Shown here one piece after another: positions 9,067 through 19,327 of a stretch of DNA of 64,000 bases; within the stretch, counting starts at the first letter, position 1, and each line of letters starts with the position of its first letter. Position numbers and translations under genes: made by a program. The notes under the pieces were generated by a model. The model saw only the letters and a program-made list of their open reading frames with translations, did not search any database and was not told where the DNA came from. Origin of the DNA: an uncultured Candidatus Saccharibacteria bacterium (lineage in GTDB: Bacteria; Patescibacteriota; CALEFQ01); the NCBI GenBank assembly GCA_965230955.1, contig OZ246404.1:417184-481183 (forward strand), written 5' to 3'.

Positions 9067-10118
9067 TGTTTGATCGATTATTCGGAAAATTTTCAAAAAA
9101 TATGGGTATTGACCTCGGGACGGCCAATACCCTGGTTTATGTTCAAGGGAAGGGAATTGTTATTAATGAACCTTCGGTGGTCGCGATCAATAACAAAACC
9201 GGCCAGATTTTAGCGATCGGCAATGATGCCAAAAAAATGGTCGGGAAAACTCCCTCGCATATCGTGGCTCAGCGCCCATTGGTTCAGGGCGTTATTTCTG
9301 ATTTTGAGGTGACCGAACAAATGCTGCGTTATTTCATCGAAAAAGTTCACGCCGAAAATTTTACTTTGATTCCCCGGCCGATCGTGGTGATCGGTATCCC
9401 CTGCGGGGTGACCGAGGTGGAGAAAAGGGCGGTGGAAGACGCGGCCTTGAATGCCGGCGCGCGCAAAGCTTTTCTCATTGAAGAACCGATGGCGGCCGCC
9501 ATTGGAGCCAAATTGCCCATTCAGGATGCGGCGGGCAGCATGGTCGTGGATATCGGCGGCGGGACGACGGAAGTAGCGGTTATTTCTCTCGGCGGAATTG
9601 TAGTCAGTAAATCACTGCGAATTGCCGGCGATGTTTTGAACGAAAATATTATCCAATATGCGCGCGACGAATTTAATTTATTGTTGGGGGAACGTACGGC
9701 CGAGGAAATAAAAATTTCCGTGGGGTCGGCGCTGGAGATCGAAAATCCGCTGGAAGCGGAGATGCGCGGCCGCGATTTGGTCACCGGCTTGCCCAAAAAA
9801 GTGATGGTGACCGATGAACAAATTCGCCACGCCATGGCTCATTCCGTGCGTACACTGGTCAATAACATTAGAGGTACGATCGAAGAAACTCCGCCGGAAT
9901 TATTGGCTGATATTATGGACAAGGGAATCGTATTGGCCGGCGGCGGGGCTCTTTTGCGGGGTTTGGACAAATTAATCGAACAACAAACGGAAATTCCGGT
10001 TCACGTAGCCGATGATCCGCTGACTTGCGTGGTCCGAGGCACGGGGGTGGTGCTGGAAGATATCGAAACACTAAAAGAAGTTCTGATAGCTACCCCGTCT
10101 CATCAGGCGCCCATGTAA
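9066..10118 (+). CDS. mreB: Rod shape-determining protein MreB
   Basis: GIDLGTANT, EPSVVA, DIGGGTTEVA; directly upstream of mreC. Confidence 0.97.
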   Translation: MFDRLFGKFSKNMGIDLGTANTLVYVQGKGIVINEPSVVAINNKTGQILAIGNDAKKMVGKTPSHIVAQRPLVQGVISDFEVTEQMLRYFIEKVHAENFTLIPRPIVVIGIPCGVTEVEKRAVEDAALNAGARKAFLIEEPMAAAIGAKLPIQDAAGSMVVDIGGGTTEVAVISLGGIVVSKSLRIAGDVLNENIIQYARDEFNLLLGERTAEEIKISVGSALEIENPLEAEMRGRDLVTGLPKKVMVTDEQIRHAMAHSVRTLVNNIRGTIEETPPELLADIMDKGIVLAGGGALLRGLDKLIEQQTEIPVHVADDPLTCVVRGTGVVLEDIETLKEVLIATPSHQAPM

Positions 10119-10186
10119 GTCAAAAATTAAACGTAAAAAGTTTCGATAAGCGAACTTTTGACTTTTGATTTTTGACCTTTGACTTG
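10117..10186. repeat. Inverted heptamer array (AAGTCAA / TTTTGAC family)
   Basis: aagtcaaaaattaaacgtaaaaag ... cttttga cttttga tttttga cctttga cttg. Confidence 0.8.
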
Positions 10187-10188
10187 CA

Positions 10189-10995
10189 ATGCTTAAAAAA
10201 CGTTCCCCATTCCAGCTGTTTTTAATTCTCCTGATTATAGTGGTGACGTTTTTTATTTTGTACGGCGTGGGGGCGATCCAGCCCGTATTCAATGCCGGCC
10301 AGGCGATTTTTCAGCCGGTTTTGAGCGGATTTAGCTGGGTGGGAAACCGAGTCGGAAACTGGTTTTACTTCTTGGGATCGATCGGTGAAATGGATGAAAA
10401 AAATAAGGAATTGCAGACTAAAGTCGATACCTTGCTGTCCGATAACACCAAGCTAAAGGAAATGTTGCGCGAGAACGAGCTTCTGCGCCAGGAAATTGGC
10501 TTTCAATACGAGCATAAATACGACACTGTTCCCGGCGCTGTTATCGGACGCAGTACCGATCCCGGCTTGCAAACGGCGGTGATCAACGTAGGGGAGAATC
10601 GTGGGATTGCCAGAGATATGCCGGTGATCATGGGTGAAGGTTTGCTGGTGGGACGAGTGACGGAGGTAGGTTTCAATACGGCTACCGTCTTAATGTTGAA
10701 TGATCGCCAGAGCGTTGTTAATGCCGTGGTCCAGGATACTCGAGCCAGCGGCATTGTTCGGGGCAAGCACGGGCTGGAATTATTGATGGATTCCATTCCG
10801 CAAAATGAAGAAATTTCTGCCGGGCAGTCGATCATCACTTCGGGACTGGGCGGCGGTTTTCCGTCCGGCCTGTTGATCGGAGAAATCAAAGAAGTTCAAG
10901 AGTCAAGTAATGAATTGTTCAAAGAAGTGCGGCTGTTACCGGCGGTAAATTTCGATAGATTGGAAATAGTTTTCGTCCTTACGGGAACGCGCTAA
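10189..10995 (+). CDS. mreC: Rod shape-determining protein MreC
   Basis: TM helix + coiled coil (ENELLR), GLLVGRV, ITSGLGGGFPSGLLIG; operon context. Confidence 0.93.
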   Translation: MLKKRSPFQLFLILLIIVVTFFILYGVGAIQPVFNAGQAIFQPVLSGFSWVGNRVGNWFYFLGSIGEMDEKNKELQTKVDTLLSDNTKLKEMLRENELLRQEIGFQYEHKYDTVPGAVIGRSTDPGLQTAVINVGENRGIARDMPVIMGEGLLVGRVTEVGFNTATVLMLNDRQSVVNAVVQDTRASGIVRGKHGLELLMDSIPQNEEISAGQSIITSGLGGGFPSGLLIGEIKEVQESSNELFKEVRLLPAVNFDRLEIVFVLTGTR

Positions 10996-11537
10996 TGAGA
11001 ATATCAACCATGATTCCGCTGATGATTGGCGTCGTTTTGATCCAGTTTGCCTGGAGCAGTCATTGGGGCGTGGCCGGCATTTATCCTAATTTGATTTTAG
11101 TCATCTTGGTTGTGGTAACTTTGCTCTCTGGTCAGAAAGCCGGGTTGATTGGGGCTTTTATTGCCGGCTTGGCGATGATTTTTATCTCGCCCTTTCCGTT
11201 GGGGGGGCAAGCGCTGGCTTTGCTGGCGGCGATCGCGGTGAGCGGATTTTTTGCGGATCATATTTTTACCGCGGCGACTCCGGGCTCTGTTTTGATCCAG
11301 GCGGTGGTGGCGACAGTAGTTTTCGGCCTGGTCAGCTTGGGCGGAACCCATCTGGTTTTTTTGATGCGGAATTTGAATCAGGACCAATTATGGTCGGTCG
11401 AATTGGTCAGCACCATTTGGCAGATTATATACAACTTGATTTTGATCTTCGCGTTTTATAATGCGGTTGTTTTTGGTCAGCGCTGGTGGCAAGAAACTTT
11501 CCGGGGATTTAGATGGCGTAAAAGAGTCATACTCTAG
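10995..11537 (+). CDS. mreD: Rod shape-determining protein MreD
   Basis: Hydrophobic protein with PNLIL motif, between mreC and mrdA. Confidence 0.8.
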   Translation: MRISTMIPLMIGVVLIQFAWSSHWGVAGIYPNLILVILVVVTLLSGQKAGLIGAFIAGLAMIFISPFPLGGQALALLAAIAVSGFFADHIFTAATPGSVLIQAVVATVVFGLVSLGGTHLVFLMRNLNQDQLWSVELVSTIWQIIYNLILIFAFYNAVVFGQRWWQETFRGFRWRKRVIL

Positions 11538-13501
11538 TGGATCCTTTTTCATTAAAAGTAAAAACTTCTACCCGGCGCGGAGCGCGGTGGGTTTCTGGAC
11601 GTTATCGAAAAGATCTAGAATGGCAGGAAAGTCTGATTAGCGGCGCGGCGGCCAGTCCCGATGATGAAGCTCGTTTGGAGGACGTTCCGGAACGTTCCCG
11701 ACTGACCTGGTTGATTTTTGTTGGTCTGGCCATTTTAGTTATGCTGGTAGTTCAGATTTTCAATTTACAAATCGTTGAAGGTGAAACTTATCAGCAAGCC
11801 TCGGAAATCAATCGGGTGCGCAAGTTTCCTTTGTCGGCGCCGCGCGGAGTAATGTTCGACCGCACCGGACGAAAATTGATGGAAAATGTTCCCAGTTTTG
11901 AAATTGTGTTGATCCCGGCCGATTTGTGGCGTTTGGAGCCGGAACAGCGCGAAGAATCGATCCGTAATTTGGTCGACTTGGCCGGAGTCGAGGAATCGGA
12001 CTTGCGCGAGATTATCGGCCAGAGCGGTAAAAATTCATACGAGCCGAAAATTATTCAAGAAAATACCGAGCGGGATAAAGCTTTGATCCTGGAAACAAAA
12101 AAAGAAGAACTGGCCGGGTTTCAGGTGGTCAGTGTCGCTCGCCGTAATTATTTCGATCCAATTTTTTCTCATTTGCTGGGCTATACCGGTTCGCCCGCCG
12201 AGTCTGATTTGATCGAACATCGCGGCGATGAGGCTTATGCCGGAATTGATATTGTCGGGAAAAACGGTCTAGAAGCGGTTTATGACCGGGAGTTGCGCGG
12301 TCTGCCGGGAAGTAAGCAAATAGAAGTTGATGCCACCGGCCGGGAAGAAAATTTACTGGCGATCAGGCCGCCGGTGGCCGGAAAGAATTTGGAATTATCT
12401 CTGGATTACGATCTCCAAGCGAAAACGGCTGAGAACTTGAATCATATTATCAAAGGCGCCAATTTGACCAAAGGGAGCGTAGTGGCGCTGGATCCGCGCA
12501 ACGGCGAGGTTTTAGCCATGGTGAATATGCCGGGATATGATAACAATCTTTTTGCCCAAGGGATTTCGACCGATGAATATAGCGCCTTGGCCAACGATCC
12601 CAGCCAGCCGTTATTTAATCGTTCGATTGGCGGGACTTATGCTTGCGGCTCCGTCATAAAGCCGGTGATTGGCCTGGCGGCATTGCAGGCCGGGATTATC
12701 AATGTGAATACGACGGTCGTTGATAACGGCTTTATCGAAGTTGAGAATAAATATGATCCCAATATTAAATATCGTTTCTATGGCTGGAATCGAAGCGGAC
12801 TGGGGCCGGTAAATATTTACACGGCGATTGCTTTTTCTTCCAATCCTTATTTCTATCAAATCGGCGGCGGTTACCAAGGATTTGAAGGACTGGGGCCGGA
12901 AAAAATTGCGGAATACATGACCGAATTTGGTTTTGGTGCGCCGCTTAAGATCGATTTGCCCGGGGAAGCCAAGGGATTGGTGCCGACCCCGGAATGGAAA
13001 GAAAAAACCATTGGCGAACCATGGAGCCTAGGTAATACTTATAATTTAGCGATTGGCCAGGGAGATTTCTTGACGACCCCGCTGCAAATGGCGAATGAGG
13101 TGGCGACCGTAGCCAACGGGGGAACGGTTTATCGTCCGCATTTGGCCAAAGCCTTTATTGACGAAGCCGATAACTCGCGGGAAGAAGTGGAACCGGAAGT
13201 TTTGAATAGCGGGTTTGCCTCGGCGGAGAATTTCAATATTATTCGGCGGGCGATGCGCGAAACCGTGGTCAATGAGCGCGGGACCGCTCGTTCGTTCCAG
13301 GGCTTGCCTGTGGCGGTCGCGGCCAAGACCGGGACGGCTCAGTTTCAGGGGACGTTGCTGGAACATTCTTGGTTTATCGCATTCGCGCCCTACGATAATC
13401 CGACTATCGCTATGGCGGTATTGGTTGAACAGGGCGGCAGCGGGGCCGAAGCGGCGGCGATCGTGGCGCGGGATACCTTGAGCTGGTATTTTTCAAGATG
13501 A
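11537..13501 (+). CDS. mrdA: Penicillin-binding protein 2
   Basis: APRG..FDR; SxxK (SVIK), SxN (SSN) and KTG motifs. Confidence 0.94.
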   Translation: MDPFSLKVKTSTRRGARWVSGRYRKDLEWQESLISGAAASPDDEARLEDVPERSRLTWLIFVGLAILVMLVVQIFNLQIVEGETYQQASEINRVRKFPLSAPRGVMFDRTGRKLMENVPSFEIVLIPADLWRLEPEQREESIRNLVDLAGVEESDLREIIGQSGKNSYEPKIIQENTERDKALILETKKEELAGFQVVSVARRNYFDPIFSHLLGYTGSPAESDLIEHRGDEAYAGIDIVGKNGLEAVYDRELRGLPGSKQIEVDATGREENLLAIRPPVAGKNLELSLDYDLQAKTAENLNHIIKGANLTKGSVVALDPRNGEVLAMVNMPGYDNNLFAQGISTDEYSALANDPSQPLFNRSIGGTYACGSVIKPVIGLAALQAGIINVNTTVVDNGFIEVENKYDPNIKYRFYGWNRSGLGPVNIYTAIAFSSNPYFYQIGGGYQGFEGLGPEKIAEYMTEFGFGAPLKIDLPGEAKGLVPTPEWKEKTIGEPWSLGNTYNLAIGQGDFLTTPLQMANEVATVANGGTVYRPHLAKAFIDEADNSREEVEPEVLNSGFASAENFNIIRRAMRETVVNERGTARSFQGLPVAVAAKTGTAQFQGTLLEHSWFIAFAPYDNPTIAMAVLVEQGGSGAEAAAIVARDTLSWYFSR

Positions 13502-13530
13502 GTCAAAAGTCAAAGTTAAAAAGTCAAAAA
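13500..13530. repeat. Single-arm heptamer array (AAGTCAA family)
   Basis: gagtcaa aagtcaa agttaa aagtcaa aaa fills the mrdA-Ham1 spacer. Confidence 0.7.
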
Positions 13531-13532
13531 TT

Positions 13533-14183
13533 ATGAAAGAGAGTAAGTTTGAGCAGAGAGAAAAGCCACATATCGGCGAGTTGGTTGTCGCGACGGGGAA
13601 TCCCGCTAAACTTGAACGTTATCGACGCGGCTTGACCGAGCATTTTGATGTAAAGATATCTTCTCTTCGAGACGAGTCTCTGGAAAAAGTTGAGGAGCCT
13701 TTTGATACCGCGGAGGAAAATGCTCGCCATAAGGCGCTGGAATATTTCAGGCAGTGCGGTAAACCGGTGCTGGCCGTCGACGAGGCGTTATATGTCGATT
13801 TTTTGCCGGCGGATCGTCAACCTGGCGTTCATGTTCGTCGCTTCGGGGGCGGCGAGGAATTGAGTGATGAGGTGTTGTTGTCCCGGGTCAGAGATTTAGT
13901 CGAAGCCGCGCCAGCCGAGAAGAGAACCGGTCGTTTTCATTTTGCTATTTGTTTGGCCAGGAGTGAAAAAGATTTAATTGAAATCAATTACGATAGTCCT
14001 AAGCGTTTTTCGGCTCATCCTTCGGAAAAATTTAGGGTGGGCTATCCTTTAGGACGAATGACAATAACCCCGGGATTTGATAAGCCGGATTCTGAGTTGG
14101 ATGACATTGAATATCTGCGAGCGGACAAACCTCTGATGGAAAAAGTAGCCGCGGCGATTAGACTAGCGTGGAATATCGGTTAG
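13533..14183 (+). CDS. Ham1/ITPase-like non-canonical purine NTP pyrophosphatase (divergent)
   Basis: VATGNPAK, E...TAEENARHKA, LAVDEAL, PGVHVRR. Confidence 0.8.
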   Translation: MKESKFEQREKPHIGELVVATGNPAKLERYRRGLTEHFDVKISSLRDESLEKVEEPFDTAEENARHKALEYFRQCGKPVLAVDEALYVDFLPADRQPGVHVRRFGGGEELSDEVLLSRVRDLVEAAPAEKRTGRFHFAICLARSEKDLIEINYDSPKRFSAHPSEKFRVGYPLGRMTITPGFDKPDSELDDIEYLRADKPLMEKVAAAIRLAWNIG

Positions 14184-14346
14184 GATAATTTAGACCGGCG
14201 CGCTGGGCCTGTTTTTTTTATCTTCGGCGGTCTTGCTAAATTCACAATTGTTGATATTATGAATGGTCTGGCTATTTTTATATTCAGACTTTAAGCGTTT
14301 ATAGTAGTGAAATTTGACAACGGAATCTCTAACCAGGAGGTGCAAA

Positions 14347-15843
14347 ATGATTCCACGTTATGAAGACAATAGTGTCTCGCGGTTAGCTTTGGATCGGACC
14401 AAGCTGGAGCACTGGGATCGAGTCGAGGTCGCGGTGCTGAAAGCTCGGGCGTCTCGGGGTGAAATTCCCTCGGCTATAGTCAATCGGATTGAGTCAATAT
14501 TGAAAGAGCATCCGGTTGATCATCAGTGGTGGCTGAATCGAGATGCTGAGATCAAGCATGATTTGAATGCTTATCTGGATGAACGTCTGCGCTGGTTTCC
14601 CCCAGAACTCCAGCCTTACTGGCATGCCGGCCTAACGTCTTACGACATCGAGGAACCGGCTCAATCCTTGATTCTCAAGGAAATGCTCTTACGGGTTGAG
14701 ACTGCGGTCGATGGACTCAAGCGAGTTCTGATCACGCTAGCCCAAAAACACCGGACCACTCCAATGCTGGCACGCACTCATGGACAAGAAGCCGAGTTGC
14801 AGTCATTCGGGCGGCGCTGTCTTTCCTGGCTGGCGGGCCTGAATTTATCGTCGACGCAATTGCGGTCGTCCTTCGGGTTGCTGAAATTTTCCAAATTGTC
14901 AGGCGCCATCGGAAACTACGGAGGAATCAGTCCGGAAGTCGAGAAAGTCGCACTGGAGATTCTTGATCTGAAGCCTTTTTACGGGTCGACTCAGATCATG
15001 CCGCGCCTGATTTATCAGCCCTTAGCCGATACTTTGACGAATCTGGCTTTGTGGGGACAGAAAATCGCGCAGGATATTCGCCTGGGAGCTCGTTCGCCTT
15101 TCCCAATTTTCCAGGAGCCATTTTCTAAAAGCCAAAAAGGATCATCGGCTATGCCGCACAAGAAAAACCCGATCACCACCGAACAGGTGGAAGGTCTGGC
15201 GCGTCTGGCGGTGAATTATAACTTGGCGCTGAAGCAAGGGATTGTCACCTGGGAAGAACGGGCGATCGAACAGTCATGTGTCGAGCGAGTAGCCTGGCCG
15301 GATTTATTTCACGTGGTTGTCCGGATCCTGGCAAACCTCACTCGGACACTTGCTGGCTTACAGGTCTATCCGGCCAATATGATCCGAGAAATCTTCGCCA
15401 GCGGCGGTTGCTATGCTTCGGGACAGGCCAAGGACTTCCTGAAAAACCGGGGAGAAAAATTCGGCTTAACGCACGAATCGGCTTACCGGATTGTGCAATT
15501 GGCGGCTGTCTTGGTACATCAGGCTATCGACGAAGAATTTTGCGGTACCATTCCTGAAGTCATTCAGCGATATAAGGCGACGGAGGAAAGCCGGATGCTG
15601 CCGGAGAGAGTCGTCTCTGTTGTGCGCCGTAATTTCCAATCGATCGGGGATGTTATCAGGCATCAGGAATTGAGATCAATTCCCGAACATACGGCCAGTG
15701 AAGAGGATGTCTGTGCGTGGCGTAAAATATTGGCGGCCATTTTCGATGATGTCGAAAATCAAAAAAAATGGCAGGAAATATTTTCCTACGAATTTCATCT
15801 GCGCCATGAGTCGCGAGTTTTTGTCGAAGTTATGAGAGAATGA
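14347..15843 (+). CDS. purB: Adenylosuccinate lyase (divergent)
   Basis: IKHD, HAGLTSYD, ARTHGQEA, KLSGAIG, GSSAMPHKKNP; SD AGGAGG precedes ATG 14347. Confidence 0.88.
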   Translation: MIPRYEDNSVSRLALDRTKLEHWDRVEVAVLKARASRGEIPSAIVNRIESILKEHPVDHQWWLNRDAEIKHDLNAYLDERLRWFPPELQPYWHAGLTSYDIEEPAQSLILKEMLLRVETAVDGLKRVLITLAQKHRTTPMLARTHGQEAELQSFGRRCLSWLAGLNLSSTQLRSSFGLLKFSKLSGAIGNYGGISPEVEKVALEILDLKPFYGSTQIMPRLIYQPLADTLTNLALWGQKIAQDIRLGARSPFPIFQEPFSKSQKGSSAMPHKKNPITTEQVEGLARLAVNYNLALKQGIVTWEERAIEQSCVERVAWPDLFHVVVRILANLTRTLAGLQVYPANMIREIFASGGCYASGQAKDFLKNRGEKFGLTHESAYRIVQLAAVLVHQAIDEEFCGTIPEVIQRYKATEESRMLPERVVSVVRRNFQSIGDVIRHQELRSIPEHTASEEDVCAWRKILAAIFDDVENQKKWQEIFSYEFHLRHESRVFVEVMRE

Positions 15844-15860
15844 TCGGTTCGAATACTTTT

Positions 15861-15889
15861 GAGGCATCGCCCAGCGGTGCCTCTTTTTT
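15861..15889 (+). terminator. Intrinsic terminator after purB
   Basis: gaggcatcgc-cca-gcggtgcctc followed by T6. Confidence 0.8.
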
Positions 15890-15922
15890 GTGCAGTATTT
15901 TGAAAACCCCTGTGGATAACTT

Positions 15923-16050
15923 TTGACATAAAGCGTTATTTGGGGTAACCTATGAATCAGTCAGTTGAACCCGCCTGTAAGAGCGGGTCGTAATTTTTTC
16001 TAAACGCGATTTTTTCTCCGCCAGGGCGGGGGAAAGCGCATTTTTTTAAC
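15923..16050 (+). promoter_or_regulatory. greA promoter and structured leader
   Basis: TTGACA-17-TAACCT; two GC hairpins each followed by a T-tract; a DnaA-box match (TGTGGATAA) at 15911-15919. Confidence 0.5.
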
Positions 16051-16061
16051 AAAAAAAGTCT

Positions 16062-16520
16062 ATGCCTAAAGTGCTAACTCCGCAGGGGTACAAAAAAATT
16101 CAGGACGAACTGGCCAATCTAAAAAAGGTTCGCATTCCCGAAATTGCCGAAAAAATTAAGCAAGCCAAAGAGCTAGGTGATCTTAGTGAAAACGCCGAAT
16201 ATCACGCGGCCAAGGAAGAGCAGGCGATTGTCAACGGGCGGATCGCCGAGATTTCCCAAATGATCAAGGGCGTGGATATCATTGACCCGGCTGCGAAAAA
16301 GGCCGGCGTCGTATCGGTCGGCTCAAAATTTTGCGTGAAAAGCGGCGATCGTGAACATATTTTCACGATTGTTGGCGCCAATGAATCCGATCCGGCTCGA
16401 GGTTTTATTTCTAATGAATCTCCGATTGGCGCGGCTATGCTCGGAAAAAAGATTGGCGAGGAAGTTGAGGTCGTATTACCAGATGCAAAGGTCAAATATA
16501 AAATCATTTCAGTCGAATAG
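16062..16520 (+). CDS. greA: Transcription elongation factor GreA
   Basis: GDLSENAEYHAAKEEQ, ISNESPIGAAMLG. Confidence 0.96.
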   Translation: MPKVLTPQGYKKIQDELANLKKVRIPEIAEKIKQAKELGDLSENAEYHAAKEEQAIVNGRIAEISQMIKGVDIIDPAAKKAGVVSVGSKFCVKSGDREHIFTIVGANESDPARGFISNESPIGAAMLGKKIGEEVEVVLPDAKVKYKIISVE

Positions 16521-16624
16521 TTGTCCAGAAAAACCAGTTTGAACTGGTTTTTTTGATTGACATGAAAATGATTTATTGATATCTTTCGGAGATATTTCAC
16601 ATGCCATGAAAGGAGGGAGGGAAA

Positions 16625-17134
16625 ATGAAGCGTTGTCAGGTGTTGATATTTATGATTGTTTGGTGCTGGTTGGTTCCTGGTGCGTTCGGGCAAGAAAAGG
16701 AGGATCTGGGGCAGATACATTTTAATCCTCTGAAAAACGGGAAACCATGCAAAGCGGAAATTGAAGGGATCAGATACCGTAAGGGCGATGTTGCTCAGAT
16801 TACCAGTTTTGGCCTCGATGACAACAATCAGGTGCTGGTGTGTTTTCTGGGGAAGAATGGGCAGGAATGCGTTTTGCCTTTGAGCGATTTCGGAAATGCC
16901 GATCAATCTTTCGGAGTAATTATCACGAAGAAGGTTCTGTCTCCTGCTCAGAAAAGTCGGCCAGTAGAGTCGGTCGTTAAGAAGCCAAAGCGGTTGCCGA
17001 CGCCTAGCCTGACCCCGACACCGACCCCTGTACTGTCCGGTAGTCCGGGAGAGGTGTTTTACGCAAGACATCCTGATCTGGTTGGGTTCGTGATGTTGGT
17101 GATTTTTTTGCTCGTAGTTTTATTTTGCCTGTGA
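16625..17134 (+). CDS. Hypothetical exported protein with Pro/Thr linker and C-terminal TM anchor
   Basis: Own promoter (TTGACA-17-TATCTT, 16557-16585), strong SD, signal peptide, PTPSLTPTPTP; terminator at 17142-17168. Confidence 0.7.
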   Translation: MKRCQVLIFMIVWCWLVPGAFGQEKEDLGQIHFNPLKNGKPCKAEIEGIRYRKGDVAQITSFGLDDNNQVLVCFLGKNGQECVLPLSDFGNADQSFGVIITKKVLSPAQKSRPVESVVKKPKRLPTPSLTPTPTPVLSGSPGEVFYARHPDLVGFVMLVIFLLVVLFCL

Positions 17135-17251
17135 CTTACTCGGGCTGATCTTGCAGATCAGCCCTTTTAATTTTGGTTGCCTTTGCATTTCTTCGCCTGT
17201 CTTGATATAATAATCAAGACAGCAGAGATAAAATTTGCTCAAATTTATTGT

Positions 17252-18742
17252 ATGAATGAAGAAAATTACATCATAACTGAGCGCAAAAAGAAATTGGCGG
17301 AATTGGTGGCGGCCAAGATTGATCCGTATCCCGCGCGCTGTACCCGGACACACACGGCGCAGGCCGTGTTGGCTGATTTTGACAAACTGGTTGGGCAGAA
17401 AGTGACATTGGTGGGGCGACTGATGGCAAAACGTGGTCATGGGAAATTGGCATTTTTTACTTTGCAGGATGGTTCCGGCTCGATTCAACTGCTATTGAAA
17501 TTTGATACATTGGGCGAAGCCAAATATTCGGCCGTCAAAAAACTTGATGTCGGTGATTTTTTGCAGGCGACGGGAAAAGTTTTCCAGACCCAACGCGGAG
17601 AAAAATCGATCGAGGTCGGGGATTTTACGCTTTTATCAAAATCAATCCGGCCTCTGCCGGATAAATGGCACGGCCTGCAAGATGAAGAAAAGCGTTATCG
17701 CCAGCGCTATTTGGATTTACTGCTCAATCCCGAATTACGTGATCTGTTTCGGCGCAAGGCTATTTTTTGGAATACGATTCGTGCATTTTTGTCGCAACGC
17801 GGATTTTTAGAGGTCGAAACGCCGGTGCTGGAGACGACTGTCGGCGGGGCCGATGCCAATCCTTTTGTTACCCACCATGACGCGCTGGATATGGAGGCTT
17901 ACCTGCGTATTTCCATGGGCGAATTGTGGCAGAAAAGGCTGATGATCGGCGGTTTCGAAAAAACCTTTGAGATCGGTCGGCAATTTCGCAATGAGGGTAT
18001 CAGTCCGGAACATTTGCAAGATTATACCCAGATGGAATGCTACTGGGCTTATGCCGATTATGAAGACATGATGAAAATGATCGAAGAATTATACCGCGAG
18101 GCGGCTCAAAAGACTTTCGGCAAAACGGCGTTTGAGATTCATGGTTTCACGATTGATTTGGCCCAGGCATGGCCGCGGATTGAATACGTCGCGGAAATAA
18201 AAAAACAGATGGGCCTGGATATTATGGCGGCCAGCCGAGAAGAGATTATGAAAAAATTAGACGAATTACACGAGGAATACGAGAAAAAACTTGATAAATG
18301 GCGCCTGGTTGATCAGCTCTGGAAACACTGCCGCAAAAAAATCGGCGGTCCGGCTTTTGTCATTCATCCGCCGGTGGCTTTGTCTCCCCTGGCCAAAAAA
18401 GTTTCCGGCCAGCCGGAATTGGTCCAGCGCTTTTGGGTTCTGTTGGGCGGGAGCGAGAATGGCAATGGTTATAGCGAGTTGAACGACCCGCTCGATCAGC
18501 GCCAACGTTTTGAGGCTCAGGCCAAATTGCGCGCCGCCGGTGATAAAGAAGCGCAAATGAATGATGTCGATTTCGTTGAAGCGATGGAATACGGAATGCC
18601 GCCGGTATCGGGCTTCGGCGTGTCCGAGCGATTGTTTGCTTTTCTATGTGATAAGCCGATTCGGGAGACAGTCTTGTTTCCTTTGTTGAAACCGGAAAAT
18701 TCGGCCCCGAGCGTGAAGGGAAATAAGAATAAAAAATCATGA
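17252..18742 (+). CDS. lysS: Lysine--tRNA ligase (class II)
   Basis: RYRQRYLDL, EVETP, GGADANPF, FRNEG, NGYSELNDP, EYGMPP. Confidence 0.96.
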   Translation: MNEENYIITERKKKLAELVAAKIDPYPARCTRTHTAQAVLADFDKLVGQKVTLVGRLMAKRGHGKLAFFTLQDGSGSIQLLLKFDTLGEAKYSAVKKLDVGDFLQATGKVFQTQRGEKSIEVGDFTLLSKSIRPLPDKWHGLQDEEKRYRQRYLDLLLNPELRDLFRRKAIFWNTIRAFLSQRGFLEVETPVLETTVGGADANPFVTHHDALDMEAYLRISMGELWQKRLMIGGFEKTFEIGRQFRNEGISPEHLQDYTQMECYWAYADYEDMMKMIEELYREAAQKTFGKTAFEIHGFTIDLAQAWPRIEYVAEIKKQMGLDIMAASREEIMKKLDELHEEYEKKLDKWRLVDQLWKHCRKKIGGPAFVIHPPVALSPLAKKVSGQPELVQRFWVLLGGSENGNGYSELNDPLDQRQRFEAQAKLRAAGDKEAQMNDVDFVEAMEYGMPPVSGFGVSERLFAFLCDKPIRETVLFPLLKPENSAPSVKGNKNKKS

Positions 18743-19308
18743 AACATGGCATTACCAGGGACGAGGCTCTGGCTTTGGTCCGAGATCGGGTAAAAAATCG
18801 CAATTTGGTGCGCCACATGCTGGCGACCGAAGCTATCATGAAGTCGCTGGCGCGGAAACTGGGCGAAGATGAAATTCAATGGGGTTTGGCCGGGCTTTTA
18901 CATGACGCTGATATTGCCGATCCGGAGTGTCAAAATGATTTGAGCTTACAAGGGATCAAGATAGCCAAAGAACTTGAGGCGCGCGGCATTGATCCTGATA
19001 TCTGCGGCGCTATTCGGGCGCACAATGAAGCGACCGGCGAACCGCGAAATAGCCGGATCAAACAAGCTATTTATGCCACCGATCCTTTGACCGGTTTGAT
19101 TGTGGCTTCGGCCTTGGTTTTACCGGACAAAAAATTGAAGTCGCTGACGGTCGATTCGGTGCGTCGTCGATTTCGGGAAAAATCATTCGCCAGAGGCGCC
19201 AGGCGAGAAGCCATGCAAGAGATTACTTCCTTGGGCTTGAGCTTGGATGATTTATTCGACAATGGGCTAAAGGCCATGCAGTCTATTTCCGATGATTTGG
19301 GTTTATAG
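18739..19308 (+). CDS. HDIG/HD-domain metal-dependent phosphohydrolase
   Basis: RHMLATEA, GLLHD, AIRAH, DPLTGLI, KSFARGA. Confidence 0.85.
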   Translation: MKHGITRDEALALVRDRVKNRNLVRHMLATEAIMKSLARKLGEDEIQWGLAGLLHDADIADPECQNDLSLQGIKIAKELEARGIDPDICGAIRAHNEATGEPRNSRIKQAIYATDPLTGLIVASALVLPDKKLKSLTVDSVRRRFREKSFARGARREAMQEITSLGLSLDDLFDNGLKAMQSISDDLGL

Positions 19309-19327
19309 TCACTTAAATATAAAAAGT

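Noticed and set aside
3-10118. Two mreB genes as a novelty or recent duplication
   Set aside because: The copies are clearly diverged, and multiple MreB paralogs are common in CPR and monoderm bacteria
15911-15919. DnaA box as a sign of oriC
   Set aside because: Single box noticed; no cluster, unwinding element or dnaA/dnaN nearby
5310-17071. Long antisense ORFs such as 5310-6140, 8170-8973 and 16202-17071
   Set aside because: Shadows of well-supported genes on the opposite strand, with no protein-like motifs
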